Shown here: piece by piece, positions 52,036 to 64,000 of the stretch
Layout: every line of letters starts with the position of its first letter
How positions within the stretch are numbered: the first letter of the stretch is position 1
Source: Eledone cirrhosa
Taxonomy: Eukaryota
Assembly: GCA_964016885.1 (NCBI GenBank)
Contig: OZ024747.1
Location: 89,838,001 to 89,902,000, forward strand
Length of the DNA stretch: 64,000 bases
Direction of reading: 5' to 3'
Made by a program: the position numbers and the translations under genes
Notes under the pieces: generated by a model
Databases searched by the model: none
Told to the model about the DNA's origin: nothing
Seen by the model: the letters and a program-made list of their open reading frames with translations, nothing else

Positions 52036-52437
52036 ATAAATAATTGTTTCTACTTTTTGGCACAAGGCCAGCAATTACCCAGTGCATTACTGGTAGTTTA
52101 TTTTATTGACCCCTTAAGGATGAAAGGCAAAGTTAACCTCGGCGGGATTTGAACTCAGAATGGAAAGGACCATAACTCCATGCGTCAAAACATGGCATCC
52201 GACCCTCTACCGATACTGCCAATCCACCGCATATATAAATAATTGTTTCTACTTTAGGCACAAGGCCAGCAATTACCCAGTGCATTACTGGTACTTTATT
52301 TTATCGACCCCGTAAGGATGAAAGGCAAAGTCAACCTCGGCGGGATTTGAACTCAGATCGTAAAGGGACGCAACCATGCCGGAAAGCATGGCATCCGACC
52401 CTCTACCGATACTGCCAATCCACCGCATATATAAATA
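52036..52437 (-). mobile_element. Tandem pair of tRNA-SINEs (Meta-domain-like family; other copies ~1304-1520, 7435-7597, 12935-13207, 22475-22682, 31900-32050, 40015-40230, 41600-41930, 57790-58295)
   Basis: B box gagttcaaatcc followed by the conserved gcctttcatccttacggggtcgataaaataaagtaccag and an (ATT)n tail. Confidence 0.82.
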
Positions 52438-53765
52438 ATATACATAAATATGGACACTACATTTATGATGTTCAATAGGTTTGAGGCAACTGGGCTCCTT
52501 ACAACAAGGTTCTTGTCATTGTTGACAGTTTACTTTACTAATATATCAGGTGATGCCTGTGAGGGTGTTTGGTTATTCCAGCATCCCAACTTCACTATCA
52601 CCTGCATTAATGCTCCGAGTGTGTTAGCTTGCCTAAATAATTATTAGAGGGAAACTCCAGTGCCCTCTGTTGTGGTATGTTATTGAGTGTGCATATCTTA
52701 TATTATTTTTCATAAACTGTGTTTATGAATAAGATTTAACTGAAATAAAAAAATAATTCCTTTATTTTAAAAACAAATCAACCTTCAGAAATATTAATTT
52801 GAAAATGATTTTTTCATACAAATTTTTCTATGTAAATATTCTTTTTATGTAAATAGTGAACTGATACAACAAATATATTTTTGTTTGATTATAGATGAAC
52901 AATTTTAAATCCCTTAAGCTTAATTATAATACTAATTTTTCTTTAAAAAAATAAAACAAAGAAACATTTTTCACAGTTATTGCTTGAACTGATTTTAACT
53001 TTAGTTTTTGAAAACTCAGAAGTTTGAAACAACTTTAATTATAAATGGACAATGACTGTAATACTGCTATGTTTCCATATATTAGAATATCATTAAAATA
53101 CTGCCCAGCTACAACATAAAAAGAAGAATATTTCATTTTTTAAAGTTCAGTGTTCTGAAACGATTGTCAAAGTGTTCCATATCTTAAGACTAATGTTCAT
53201 GTTTTTATCCATTAAGATTAGCTACTTGTAATATATACACTTGTTATGTCTGACTGATATAACATCAGATCTCTGTAGTTTTGAAAGGATTTTAAGAACA
53301 GAAATTAGTTACAATAATCCACTTTTGAATGTTAGTATAGATTATTTTCAATCATTTCTGGAATGGAAAAGTTTCTTATATTTTCTTATATTTCCATTTT
53401 GTTAATGTTTCATAATATAGTGTATGATTGATAAATTAATTTCTATAGTGTCTATAGTGTCAAGACTTTCAGTCAGAGGGAGAAATAGCAATGTTAGTTG
53501 TATTCAACATATTCTTGAAATATACTGTAGTAAACAGAGTGTACTATAGAGCAATAAATACATGTTTACTACCTTTTTATTGCATTAACTTCTTGCATTA
53601 CTATGTATGCTTACTGCTTACACTCCATGTTTACTGCTCTATTTTCTTCTCTAACTTGGAATTTACTGCTCTATACTACAAAGTATATATACTGCTATCA
53701 CTTACTTAACTTTGCCATTTAGGTAATGATATTTTTAGTTAGTTTGCAATATAGCATTATATATA

Positions 53766-53828
<63 letters not shown>

Positions 53829-54409
53829 ATACATACATACACATATATATATATATATATATATGGTTTCTGATATAAAAGATGGATATTGCAATAAAAA
53901 ACACCTGTGCATTAAAGCAAATGATAGCCTTGAAGCAAGTCTGTAGGGCATATTTACTGAATTCAGTTGCTGTTATTGAGCACATAAATGTTGCTGTTAG
54001 ATGATTGCAATACTGATGTGTCATAATTGTACACATCAGTATGTTTAGTAGATTGGTAGAGCATTATAGTTAGATGACATAACTGAATATGTCAAATAAA
54101 CTCTTGGGTTTATTGAAAATTCATATGAATTATGACTGTTTTCTATTTCAAAATAGACTGTGGCATAGCAATAATGAATGATATGAAATATTTCTGAGTA
54201 CAACTTTAATATCTGAATATGTGTGTTTGCTTCAAGGAAAACATTCTATGAAAAGAAGTTTTAAATTATCATTCTTATTTTTTTTATTTAAATTTCTTTT
54301 CTGCACATTCAGTTTTGTTATTGTAAAACTGTTGTAACAGCTCACATATACATAGTTTTAACTGGTCTCCTAGGAAGAGGAATCTGATAGGAGGTTTCTC
54401 ATGTATTTT

Positions 54410-54781
54410 AGGTGTCACGAGAAAAAGTGTCCAATCCTCACTGTAAAGTGATCATGTTGGGGACACAACAAAAAGTGCCCAGCCCACACTGTAAAGTGGT
54501 CATGTAGGTGTCATGACAAAAAGCGGCCAGTCTACACTGTAAAGTGATTGTATTGGCGACATGACAAAAAGTGCCCAGCCAACAGTGTAAAGTGATGGTG
54601 TTGGTGACACAACAAAAAGCACCCAGTTCACACTGTAAATGTGGTTGGTGTTAGGAAGGGCATCCAGCCGTAGAAACCAAGTCAAAATCAGTTTTGTGTG
54701 AGGGAAACATGGTTCTCTGACCTGATCTCTCACAAAGGAGCAGCCTGTCCTACTCATGCTAGCATGGAAAATGGACGTTAA

Positions 54782-54817
<36 letters not shown>
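54410..54817 (+). mobile_element. SINE/LINE-tail family with ~39-bp internal tandem repeats and (ATG)n tail (also 8655-8930 -, 48090-48312, 48780-49037, 62370-62649)
   Basis: Repeats of cccagcccacactgtaaagtggtcatgt.ggtg.cac, then aggaagggcatccagc.gtagaaacc, ending catggaaaatggacgttaaa(tga)n. Confidence 0.8.
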
Positions 54818-57789
54818 TTTCAGTCATGTCATGTCACGATTGTTTTGGTGATGGGTTAGTATTGAAATTCAAAAGCACAAAGTTGGACCTGATACCATAA
54901 AGCATCCCACCCAACCTTCTAACTATTCCATCACTACATTGTCTTTGACTGATTCTTTATCTATTAACTCTAAAAGGATGAAAGATAAAGTAAATCATGG
55001 CAAAATTTGAACTCAGAACATATTGAGATGGAACCTTCTTAAAATGCAGTTACCATTAACATTTCCAGGCACACCAAATTAGGCTAAATGGAAAACTGTA
55101 TACAACATTCTTAGCTGTACTCTGCATATCAAATCACGGTTTGTTAGAACATGATAGGCATTACAAAATCTGATAAATTCATTCTATGTCTGGCATGTAG
55201 CATTTGTGCATTTCTCTGACTGGTTGAGTCAGGACAATTCAGCAAATATATTATTATTCCATTGAGACACAAAGCAAATATTCAGGGAATATCAAAGAGA
55301 ACAGAACTCTAATTTGTCTTGCATCAAATTTACCATTTTTAACAAATTGGTCTGAAAGTGTTGAAATATTTAATGATAAAAATAGAGCTTTTACCCAATA
55401 TATTCTCTGTATATTTTATTTCTGCCTAAGGCCCAGAAAAATTACTAAATTACTAAATATATTGATATTAATATAAAGAAGTGGAGTACAGATATATCAA
55501 TAGAAAAGGTTATCTCAGTGAAAAACTATAACAATCTGATTGAATACTACTACTCCAGTGTGAACTCCTTTAAAACTAATTCTATACTGAATTGCTAGCT
55601 TACATTGTTGATAAATATAATTTAGAACTATCTTCACACAGATCTCAACTGATACTGTTTTGTAAGAACGAGAGTTATTTATCTATAGTTATTCTTTTTT
55701 CTTTTTCTTTTTTAATACAAAGTATTGTTATTGGTATAAATAGAAGGCTATATGATGCATACATATAAGACGTTTTCTATGTCAATGAAGTAAAGGGTGT
55801 AAAGGTGGAAGAGTTCAAACAACTCAAAGAAAATAAGTTTGTTATGACAGATATGTAATGGTGATGATGATAAAAATATAGTGTGACAGCCATCTAACAA
55901 TTTATTTCTGTAATCTTTTATTTGATCTTGAAATGGGAAAAGCTGTTTAGAACATTCAATGAATAAACTACAATTGTTTACTGAAGTTATATTTGAAATT
56001 TAATAAATTCATAAAATAAGACAAAATGCTATTGTTTTAGAGAGAACCTTTTAGCTATATGGAATACTGCACTTTTATATATTGAAGACAGATATTTGTG
56101 TCCTTAGAGACTGCTACTAATATTTGATGAATATATTTATTCTAAAGTTATGTCAACCAGATGTATTTACTTGTTCTTTAACTGATTTCTAATATACCAT
56201 TTACATTAACTTCGATCATGTATTTGTACAGTTTTTATTTAAATCATTTAATTATGACATATTAATTAAGTTATCTACAGTTCAGTTTCAGGATGTATGT
56301 GTTTAATATATAAGAGCTTTGGATTTTGATGTTTCAATATTACAATTGTTAAATATGTGGAAATATTAGCCAGCTTCTGCTTTCATTCTATCATGTAAAT
56401 CATTTTTAGTTCATCAGATTCTTGCTTCTGTTATTTCAGTCTTGGCAAGCTACTTAGTGAGTTATTAAAATAGTTTTAGCATTTATGACTTTCTATTTAT
56501 GAATCCCTAACTAGTGACTTAACCATCACAAAACTAATAATATAGTGAAGCTAAAGCTGTCCTATGTAAATCTTCTTCACCAATATATCAAGGTTTATGG
56601 CTTGTTCAGTTCATTATAAATTACACTCACTTCTTCTAGTCTTCTGCCAGTTTGAAGAATTGTTTTGAAATGGTCCTGATTGTGTAATTGAAGTGATAGA
56701 TTTCTGCAGCATTTGAACTTGATTTACTATGTTAATTTGTGTGTGTTCTCAGGGGATAAATAAAAGGAGAACTGTTAATTTAAAGTATAGAGATGCAGTT
56801 TATTAGTGAAGTGGTAACTTCCTTCAGTATTATATTAGGGAAACAATATAAATGAAATATACAATATTTATAGCATCTGCTCTTGCTAATATGAAAGGAA
56901 CGTCAGCAGATTCACTTAACATATATTATATTTATTTGAGAATCATATATAGCACTGATATACTTAAAGTTAATCTGTTAGCCTGTTTAACACTAGCACC
57001 TAACTGTAAGTACCTACAGCAGAGTTCACTCTATTATAAGGATTGAAGCCAAGTCTCCAATCTAAGAATAACTTCTTTCTTTATTCCCACTTATCTCAAG
57101 GGGGATGAGGGCTTTGAAAAAGAGCATGGCATGGACACTGCACTTCTTCACCTGACTTAAGTCATAAGACAAAAAAGCATTTTGAAAATTAAATTTAGCA
57201 TTAACATCACTTTCTGTTTTTCTAATATACAATCTTTTTAAAATGATATTTTTTTTACCTGTTTTTATAACACGTAAAGACATTTCTAATTATTGTAAAT
57301 ATTGCATCAAATTAGATACTTTTCTTCATGTTGTTTTTCTTCATATCAAATATGATGCAGTTAGATAGTATACTAACATTCCAGGATATTAAGACCGACT
57401 TATCTACTAATCTCAAGAAAAAATATTTATACATTTTCTTCAATCAAAACCAAGCAGATCTAGAGATCACTTGTTATTGGTTTGATCTGTGTTTTGCAAT
57501 ATTTATTGACCATCACTTCCATCAAACTAAAATATAAACATAAAAAGGAATGATGATGTCAGAATGTTAGATTGTTAAGATGGTACTGTAATTATTAAAT
57601 AAAAACAAGTCATTTGTGATTGTCGAGACCTTCAGGCCTGTATAGTATAACAGTAGTAATAAGCTATCTACTGAGAATATGAACAACTCCTTTTTTTTTT
57701 AAAGTAAATGTTTAGTTTCTGTATTATCTATCAATAAATCCATTCCTTTGTAATATTAACAATTCTGTATCTGATGAAAGTAATTACAG

Positions 57790-58310
57790 AGGGTCAGACA
57801 CCATGCCTTGCAGCATAGAGTTACGGCCCTTTATGGTCTGAGTTCAAATCCCGCCGAGGTTAACTTTGCCTTTCATCCTTACGGGGTCGATAAAATAAAG
57901 TACCAGTAATACACTGGGTAATTGCTGGCCTTGTGTCAAAAGTAGAAACAATTATTAAGGTTGATATCAAGGCAGTGGATTGACAGTATTGGTAGATCAT
58001 CAGACACCATACTTCGGAATATATAGTTATGTCCCTGAGTTCAGGTTAGCTTTGCTTTTCATCCTTATGAGGTCGATAAAATAAAGTACCAGTAATGCAC
58101 TGGGGTCGATTTGATTGACTTTCCTTAGTCCAAAAATTGTTGGTTTTTGTGCCTAAATCAGAAATCATTATTAAGTCTGAGTTCAAATCCCGCCGAGGTT
58201 AACTTTGCCTTTCATCCTTACGGGGTCGATAAAATAAAGTACCAGTAATGTACTGGGTAATTGCTGGCCTTGTGCCTAAATCAGAAACCATTATTAAGGT
58301 TGATATCAAC
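57790..58310 (+). mobile_element. Array of three tRNA-SINE units
   Basis: Three successive gcctttcatccttac..gtcgataaaataaagtaccag units. Confidence 0.8.
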
Positions 58311-59001
58311 TTATTTTTGACTGATAAATGTTACATGACAACTACAGACATACCATTATAGACAACCTTTAAATTGAACTTCCTTACTTGGTAAAGAAAT
58401 CGTTGGATGTGATAGAAAAGAGATCAATTGCTTGTTATTTATTTCAATAGTGACACCATTCCTTAGATTGTATCACATGTATGCTGACATTTTATCCAGG
58501 ATTTCTTTCTTCATATCAGAATAATTCCAGTTGGGATTACAGTGAGATTTGAATATCATCATCATTTGATATGTTTTCCCTGTTAGTAAGGATTGGACAC
58601 TTTATATCAGATTACTCCTCAAGTCAGAAAGCAGATGGTTCTGTTAGTGTTGCACTGTTAATCTAGAATAAACTATTGATATTGGACTGAAAATCAATGT
58701 TGAAACTATTAAGATTCTCTATTTTCTAGATTTCTATCCACTGAAAATCTAAGATATCTCAAGAGTGCTTAGTTAACTCCTATTAATTGAACATACAGTT
58801 ATAGATGTCAGTTGGGTTTAAAAATATCAACTTGGAGACTCAATGATAGAAGATATGATTTCTTTATTCAACTCCTGATTGGTAATAGTTTTTAAGTCTT
58901 CGATGCTTAATTTTACTTAATAAAGATGTAAGATAGAAATAGATAGGTCTGCATTTAACATCTGTGAGATATCATATAGTATCTGTAGATTACTAAGTCT
59001 T

Positions 59002-59202
59002 TTAACCCTTTAGTATTTTCATTATTCTATATATACTATTGTATTTTCACAGTAAAGGCTTTATCTCACATAATATTGAATCTATGAGATTTTGAGAACA
59101 ATATCTTAATGTCAGTTTAAGGGGACGGTTATGGCCAGTTTCAATAGAAAGGGATGAGAGAATTCTAGCTGGATATGACCAGTTTAAATGCTAAAGGGTT
59201 AA
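59002..59202 (+). mobile_element. piggyBac-type MITE family 1
   Basis: TTAA termini and family body. Confidence 0.82.
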
Positions 59203-59739
59203 ATAGTGGGAAATGCTGGTTAATATTTTATGTAAATTGTAAATGGAAATGTTAGAAGATATTGTTGATGTCTAATCCAAAGGTTAGCATTCTATATATA
59301 GTTTCACCTAAGACAGGTTAATGGTGTTAATATTTCATGGTCTGGTATCTTTATAAGTTTTCTGTTATTGCAACATATTTCTTCTTCTTTGCCCATGTAT
59401 TCCTGAGAGGGTAGCTGGGGCAGAGTCCATTAAAACATACAATTGCATAAATTATAACAAGTACAGGCATGCAAATTGACACAGTTGTTAACATGTTTGA
59501 GTACCACACAATATTCATTCTGGTTCTCTGTACTTTAAATTCTACCTGGGTCACATTTAACTTTCATCCTTACAAGGTTGATAATTAAAATACCAGTCCA
59601 GGAATACCTTTGAATGTAAATACAAAATGTCTTCTGGTAAAAAAATGTGGTCTTCAACATAGATTAGAGGTTATCAACTCAAAGACTTTGGTGAGAAATA
59701 ATAGTAAACAAAAATAACAATTGGCAGTAGATTAAACTT

Positions 59740-59966
59740 GACTCTTTAGCATTTAAACCAACCATATCTAGCCACAACTCTCTTACCTCTTTCTGTTCAA
59801 ACCAGTCATAACCGGCTGCTCATTCTGACGTTAAGGTATTGTTCTCAAAATAAATAATATCAATATCCTGTAGATTCGATATTATATGAGATAATTATGT
59901 GAGATAAAGCCTTTTCTGTGGAAATACAATAGTAAATATAGAATAATGAGAATGCTAAAGGGTTAA
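59740..59966 (-). mobile_element. piggyBac-type MITE family 1
   Basis: Reverse-orientation family body ending aaagggttaa. Confidence 0.8.
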
Positions 59967-61945
59967 TATCTAGAAAGGAAGTGCAACAATGACAATCTAA
60001 TTCAGACTGCAAACATATTCAACGCATAAAGCTAGGCTCCAGTATAAAGCAGCTGGCCATAGACTAGGGGCAATAAAAGAAGTTATCCATATAAAGACCC
60101 CTTTGATCATGAATGACCATAGGATTTGCACCTAGAAAAGTTTCCCTTCTAAGGCACAAGTCTGAGCAAAGTTGTTTGTGGAAGACCAGCAATCATCCAT
60201 GCATACCAGTCTCGCCTCTCCATGCCACCGATGTTGCAAAGGCTGTTACAGCTTGACACCAGTGACATCACAATTTATTTCTTCCAGCTGAGTGAACTGC
60301 AGCAACCTGAAATAAAGTGTCTTGTTTAAGGACACAACACATTACTCAGTCTGGAAATCGAACACACAGCCTCACGATTGTGAATCTGACACTCTAATCA
60401 CTAAGCCATGTGCCTTCACTAGTTGGCCATATTGTAGGGACTATAATACACTGGATTATAAGAGATAATGACAGATCTGAAAAGAGTGATATGACGAAGT
60501 AAGATAGCTTAATGAATATATCATAATTATCTATTACATCTATGAAAGTTAGTGTTAGTGGTATATTATGAATCTGATAAAAAAAAATAGCAAATAAATA
60601 TTTTTGACATAACTTTAGAATAAATACAGTCATAAAATATTTGTAGCTGTCTCCAGTGACAATAATATCTGTCTTCAATATATAAAATTACAGTGTTCTA
60701 TATACCTAAAAGGTTCTCTCTAAAACAATATAATTTTGAAAATACATTCATTTATAAGACATAAATGGCAAGCCTGAAAATGGATAATGAGGAAGAGGGA
60801 TAGGAAACAAGATGTCTGGTTCTTTAGCTGGGAAAGAAGCTGAAAAGGGAGGTTTGTTAATGATAAGCACTATGACAATGTAAAGCAATTGAAAAGCAGA
60901 GTGTTTATATGAACTGAGATATCATTGAGGAAAGTTTGTTTGAAATGATTCTAGAACACTTGACCTGTTTGGCAGGAAGAGGAAGGAAGTATGCAAATGA
61001 TTTCTATAACAGACAGAACAAATTTGGAATGTAAGTGGGGGAATAAAACTACATCCCACTTGGACTCAAGAGAAAGGCCAACTGTTGAGGTGAAGGGAGA
61101 GAATTCTTATTCGACTCTTTAGTGACACCAGATAAGTTTGTTATAACATATGTATCATGAAACAGGAACCAAACACAAAGGAACCAAACACCAGGACCAA
61201 ACACAAAGGAACCAAACTCCCACTGTCACTGCCTCCATCTCCCCCCCCCCCATATTTCACTATTATAAGCAAATGGGGGCTCACGTTCTGGCGGTCCCAT
61301 GGCCCCACTGTACTCATGACCCCGGCGGACTTGCAGCCCCGGCAGACAGAAGAGTCATCTCAAGGTTGTTGGTTAACAAGGTAATGAAAGAGATGAAAGC
61401 AGAAGAAAATCTCCAAATAAAGGAGACACTGAGGTGGGGGGGCGTCTGAAATTTTGAAAACATCAAGCTATGTAGGAAGCATACAACTAGCAAGTATCTT
61501 TGACTCACTATTTATATAGAACTCACTTAATGAATCAAATAGAAAGGGACGGTGTTATTTCCAATCATTGTTTTTACATATGTTTTTGCTATGCTTGCAT
61601 GTGTTGGACAAGACTTTTGTGAGACAGTGTTTCTATGGCTGGATGCCATTCTTGTCATTACCCCATATTTTATTCATAAGTATGGTGTATACTGTTCATC
61701 TTCATAGGATGTAATGTTAACCCAGGGCATAAACATATGTCACTGGTTACTTTAAACTTTAAATGTTGTTAATAAAGCATTATAAGAAAACTGACATGTA
61801 AAAATACATGCACACATACATGAATATATATACACACACAAACACATGCACACACATACACACATACATATATATATACAGGTATGTAAAAGATAAATAG
61901 AAATAACAAAGCAAACGACACAGTACATTGAAGAAATTTATTAGT

Positions 61946-62157
61946 TTAACCCTTTAGCATTCACATTATTTTATATATACTATTATATTTTCATGGTAAA
62001 GGCTTTATCTCACATATCGAATCTATGAGATTTTGATAGGATTTATTTTGAGAACAATACCTTAACTTCAGTTTCAGCGACCAGTTACAGCCAGTTTCAA
62101 CAGAAAGAGGTAGAGACTTCTGGCCGGTTTGGGCCGGTTTGAACACTAAAGGGTTAA
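61946..62157 (+). mobile_element. piggyBac-type MITE family 1
   Basis: TTAA termini and family body. Confidence 0.82.
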
Positions 62158-62665
62158 TGCTTGAAATAGCAGGAAGAGAGTCTAAACTACCACAAAGAAA
62201 TACATAATTGAAGGGCTTATTTATATACCTTATTACATATAGTAGTATTCTGAAATGGATGTTCTAATTGTGGTTTAAATGTTAGGATGGCACCCCTGCA
62301 ACTCTGTCAGCAGTTAAGGGCCCAGGCACGGATATCCCATTCCACGCCATGAAGTGGTCCCTCTGGAGCCATGACAAAAGTGCCCAGCCCTCACTATAAA
62401 GTGGTCATGTATGTGTTAAGACAAAAGTGCCCAGTCCATACTGTAAAATGGTCGTCTAGAAGTCACAACAAAAAACACCCAACACACACTGAAAATGTGG
62501 TTGGCATTAAGAAGGGCATCCAGCTTTAGAAACCAAGCCAAAATCAGTTCTATGTGAGCGAAACACAGTCCTCTGACCTAATCCCTCACATAGGGACAGC
62601 CCATCCTACCCATGCCAGTGTGGAAAATGGACGTTAAACAATGATGATGTATATATACATATATA

Positions 62666-62771
<106 letters not shown>

Positions 62772-63174
62772 TACGTATATATACATATACACACATGTAT
62801 ATATGTATATATATATATATACACACATGTATATATATGTATATATGCACACATGTGTGTATATATATATATATATATATACACACAAACATAAATATAT
62901 ATAACAGGTTTCTTTTACAATTTTTGTCTACCAAATCCACTGATATAGCATTAGTCAACCTGAGACTATAGCAGAAGACACTTATCTAAGGTGTAATACA
63001 GCTATCATTCTAATATGTTAGAAGGAAAAAAAAAGAGATGAAATAGAATAAGACAATTACAGAATCTTCATATTTATGAACCAAATCTTAAAAGTAGTAA
63101 ATTATTTATTAAGTTAGTAAAGGTTAAGTCTAGCTTAATTAAGATGTAATTTAGGTTTGTACAAGTATGTGAAA

Positions 63175-64000
63175 CTACAGATGTTGTATTTCTAGTAAGA
63201 CACCTACAGATGTTATATTACTAGTTGGTCTACTACAGATGTTATATTACTAGTTGGTCTACTACAGATGTTATATTACTAGTTGGTCTACTACAGATGT
63301 TATATTACTAGTAACACTACTACAGATGTTATATTACTAGTAACACTACTACAGATGTTATATTACTAGTAACACTACTACAGATGTTATATTACTAGTA
63401 AGACAACTACAGATGTTATATTACTAGTAAGACAACTACAGATGTTATATTACTAGTAAGACAACTACAGATGTTATATTACTAGTAAGACAACTACAGA
63501 TGTTATATTACTAGTAAGACAACTACAGATGTTATATTACTAGTAAGACAACTACAGATGTTATATTACTAGTAAGACTACTACAGATGTTATATTACTA
63601 GTAAGACAACTACAGATGTTATATTACTAGTAAGACAACTACAGATGTTATATTACTAGTAAGACACCTACAGATGTTATATTACTAGTAAGACATCTAC
63701 AGGTGTTATATTACTAGTAAGGCACCTACAGGTGTTATATTACTAGTAAGGCACCTACAGATGTTATATTACTAGTAAGACAACTACAGATGTTATATTA
63801 CTAGTAAGACAACTACAGATGTTATATTACTAGTAAGACAACTGCAGATGTTATATTACTAGTAAGACAACTACAGATGTTATATTACTAGTAAGACAAC
63901 TACAGATGTTATATTACTAGTAAGACAACTACAGATGTTATATTACTAGTAACACTACTACAGATGTTATATTACTAGTAAGACAACTACAGATGTTATA
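63175..64000. repeat. 29-bp minisatellite (~28 copies, runs off the window)
   Basis: Unit ctacagatgttatattactagtaagacaa, with variant blocks (ttggtcta, taacacta, taaggcac). Confidence 0.95.

Noticed and set aside
53882-53896. Candidate terminal exon giving RWILQ*
   Set aside because: No polypyrimidine tract, and the stop would truncate the PH helix.
63175-64000. CRISPR-like array
   Set aside because: Units are contiguous with only a few variable bases that recur; there are no unique spacers or cas genes, and the context is eukaryotic.

Overview
Very AT-rich, microsatellite-dense eukaryotic DNA. Its repeat content (tRNA-derived SINEs, RTE/CR1/L1-Tx1 LINE remnants, long (TA)n) looks like a cephalopod (Octopus-like) genome; that assignment is inferred. 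Almost all ORFs in the supplied track are translations of microsatellites or decayed LINEs. The only host coding sequence I can support is three + strand GT-AG exons (38408-38450, 40610-40796, 46526-46661). They splice in frame into the end of one PH domain plus nearly all of the next, resembling PDZPH1/CNK-type PH proteins, so the rest of the window is probably giant introns. These introns hold about 13 piggyBac-type TTAA MITEs, a non-autonomous Helitron, hAT and Tc1/mariner MITEs, many SINEs and two minisatellites. The most striking signal is a set of short fold-back (palindromic) elements sitting in (TA)n tracts. Several carry type-I hammerhead ribozyme motifs: canonical, minimal with a palindromic loop III, a U3-A8 compensatory variant and a U4A variant. 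Six motifs cluster at 49.1-51.5 kb, four of them inside a ~1 kb nested hairpin. Two other fold-backs end in a conserved protein N-terminus showing synonymous divergence. Together this fits several families of TA-targeting Penelope-like retroelements or retrozyme-like derivatives. All folds were read by eye and none is computationally or experimentally verified.
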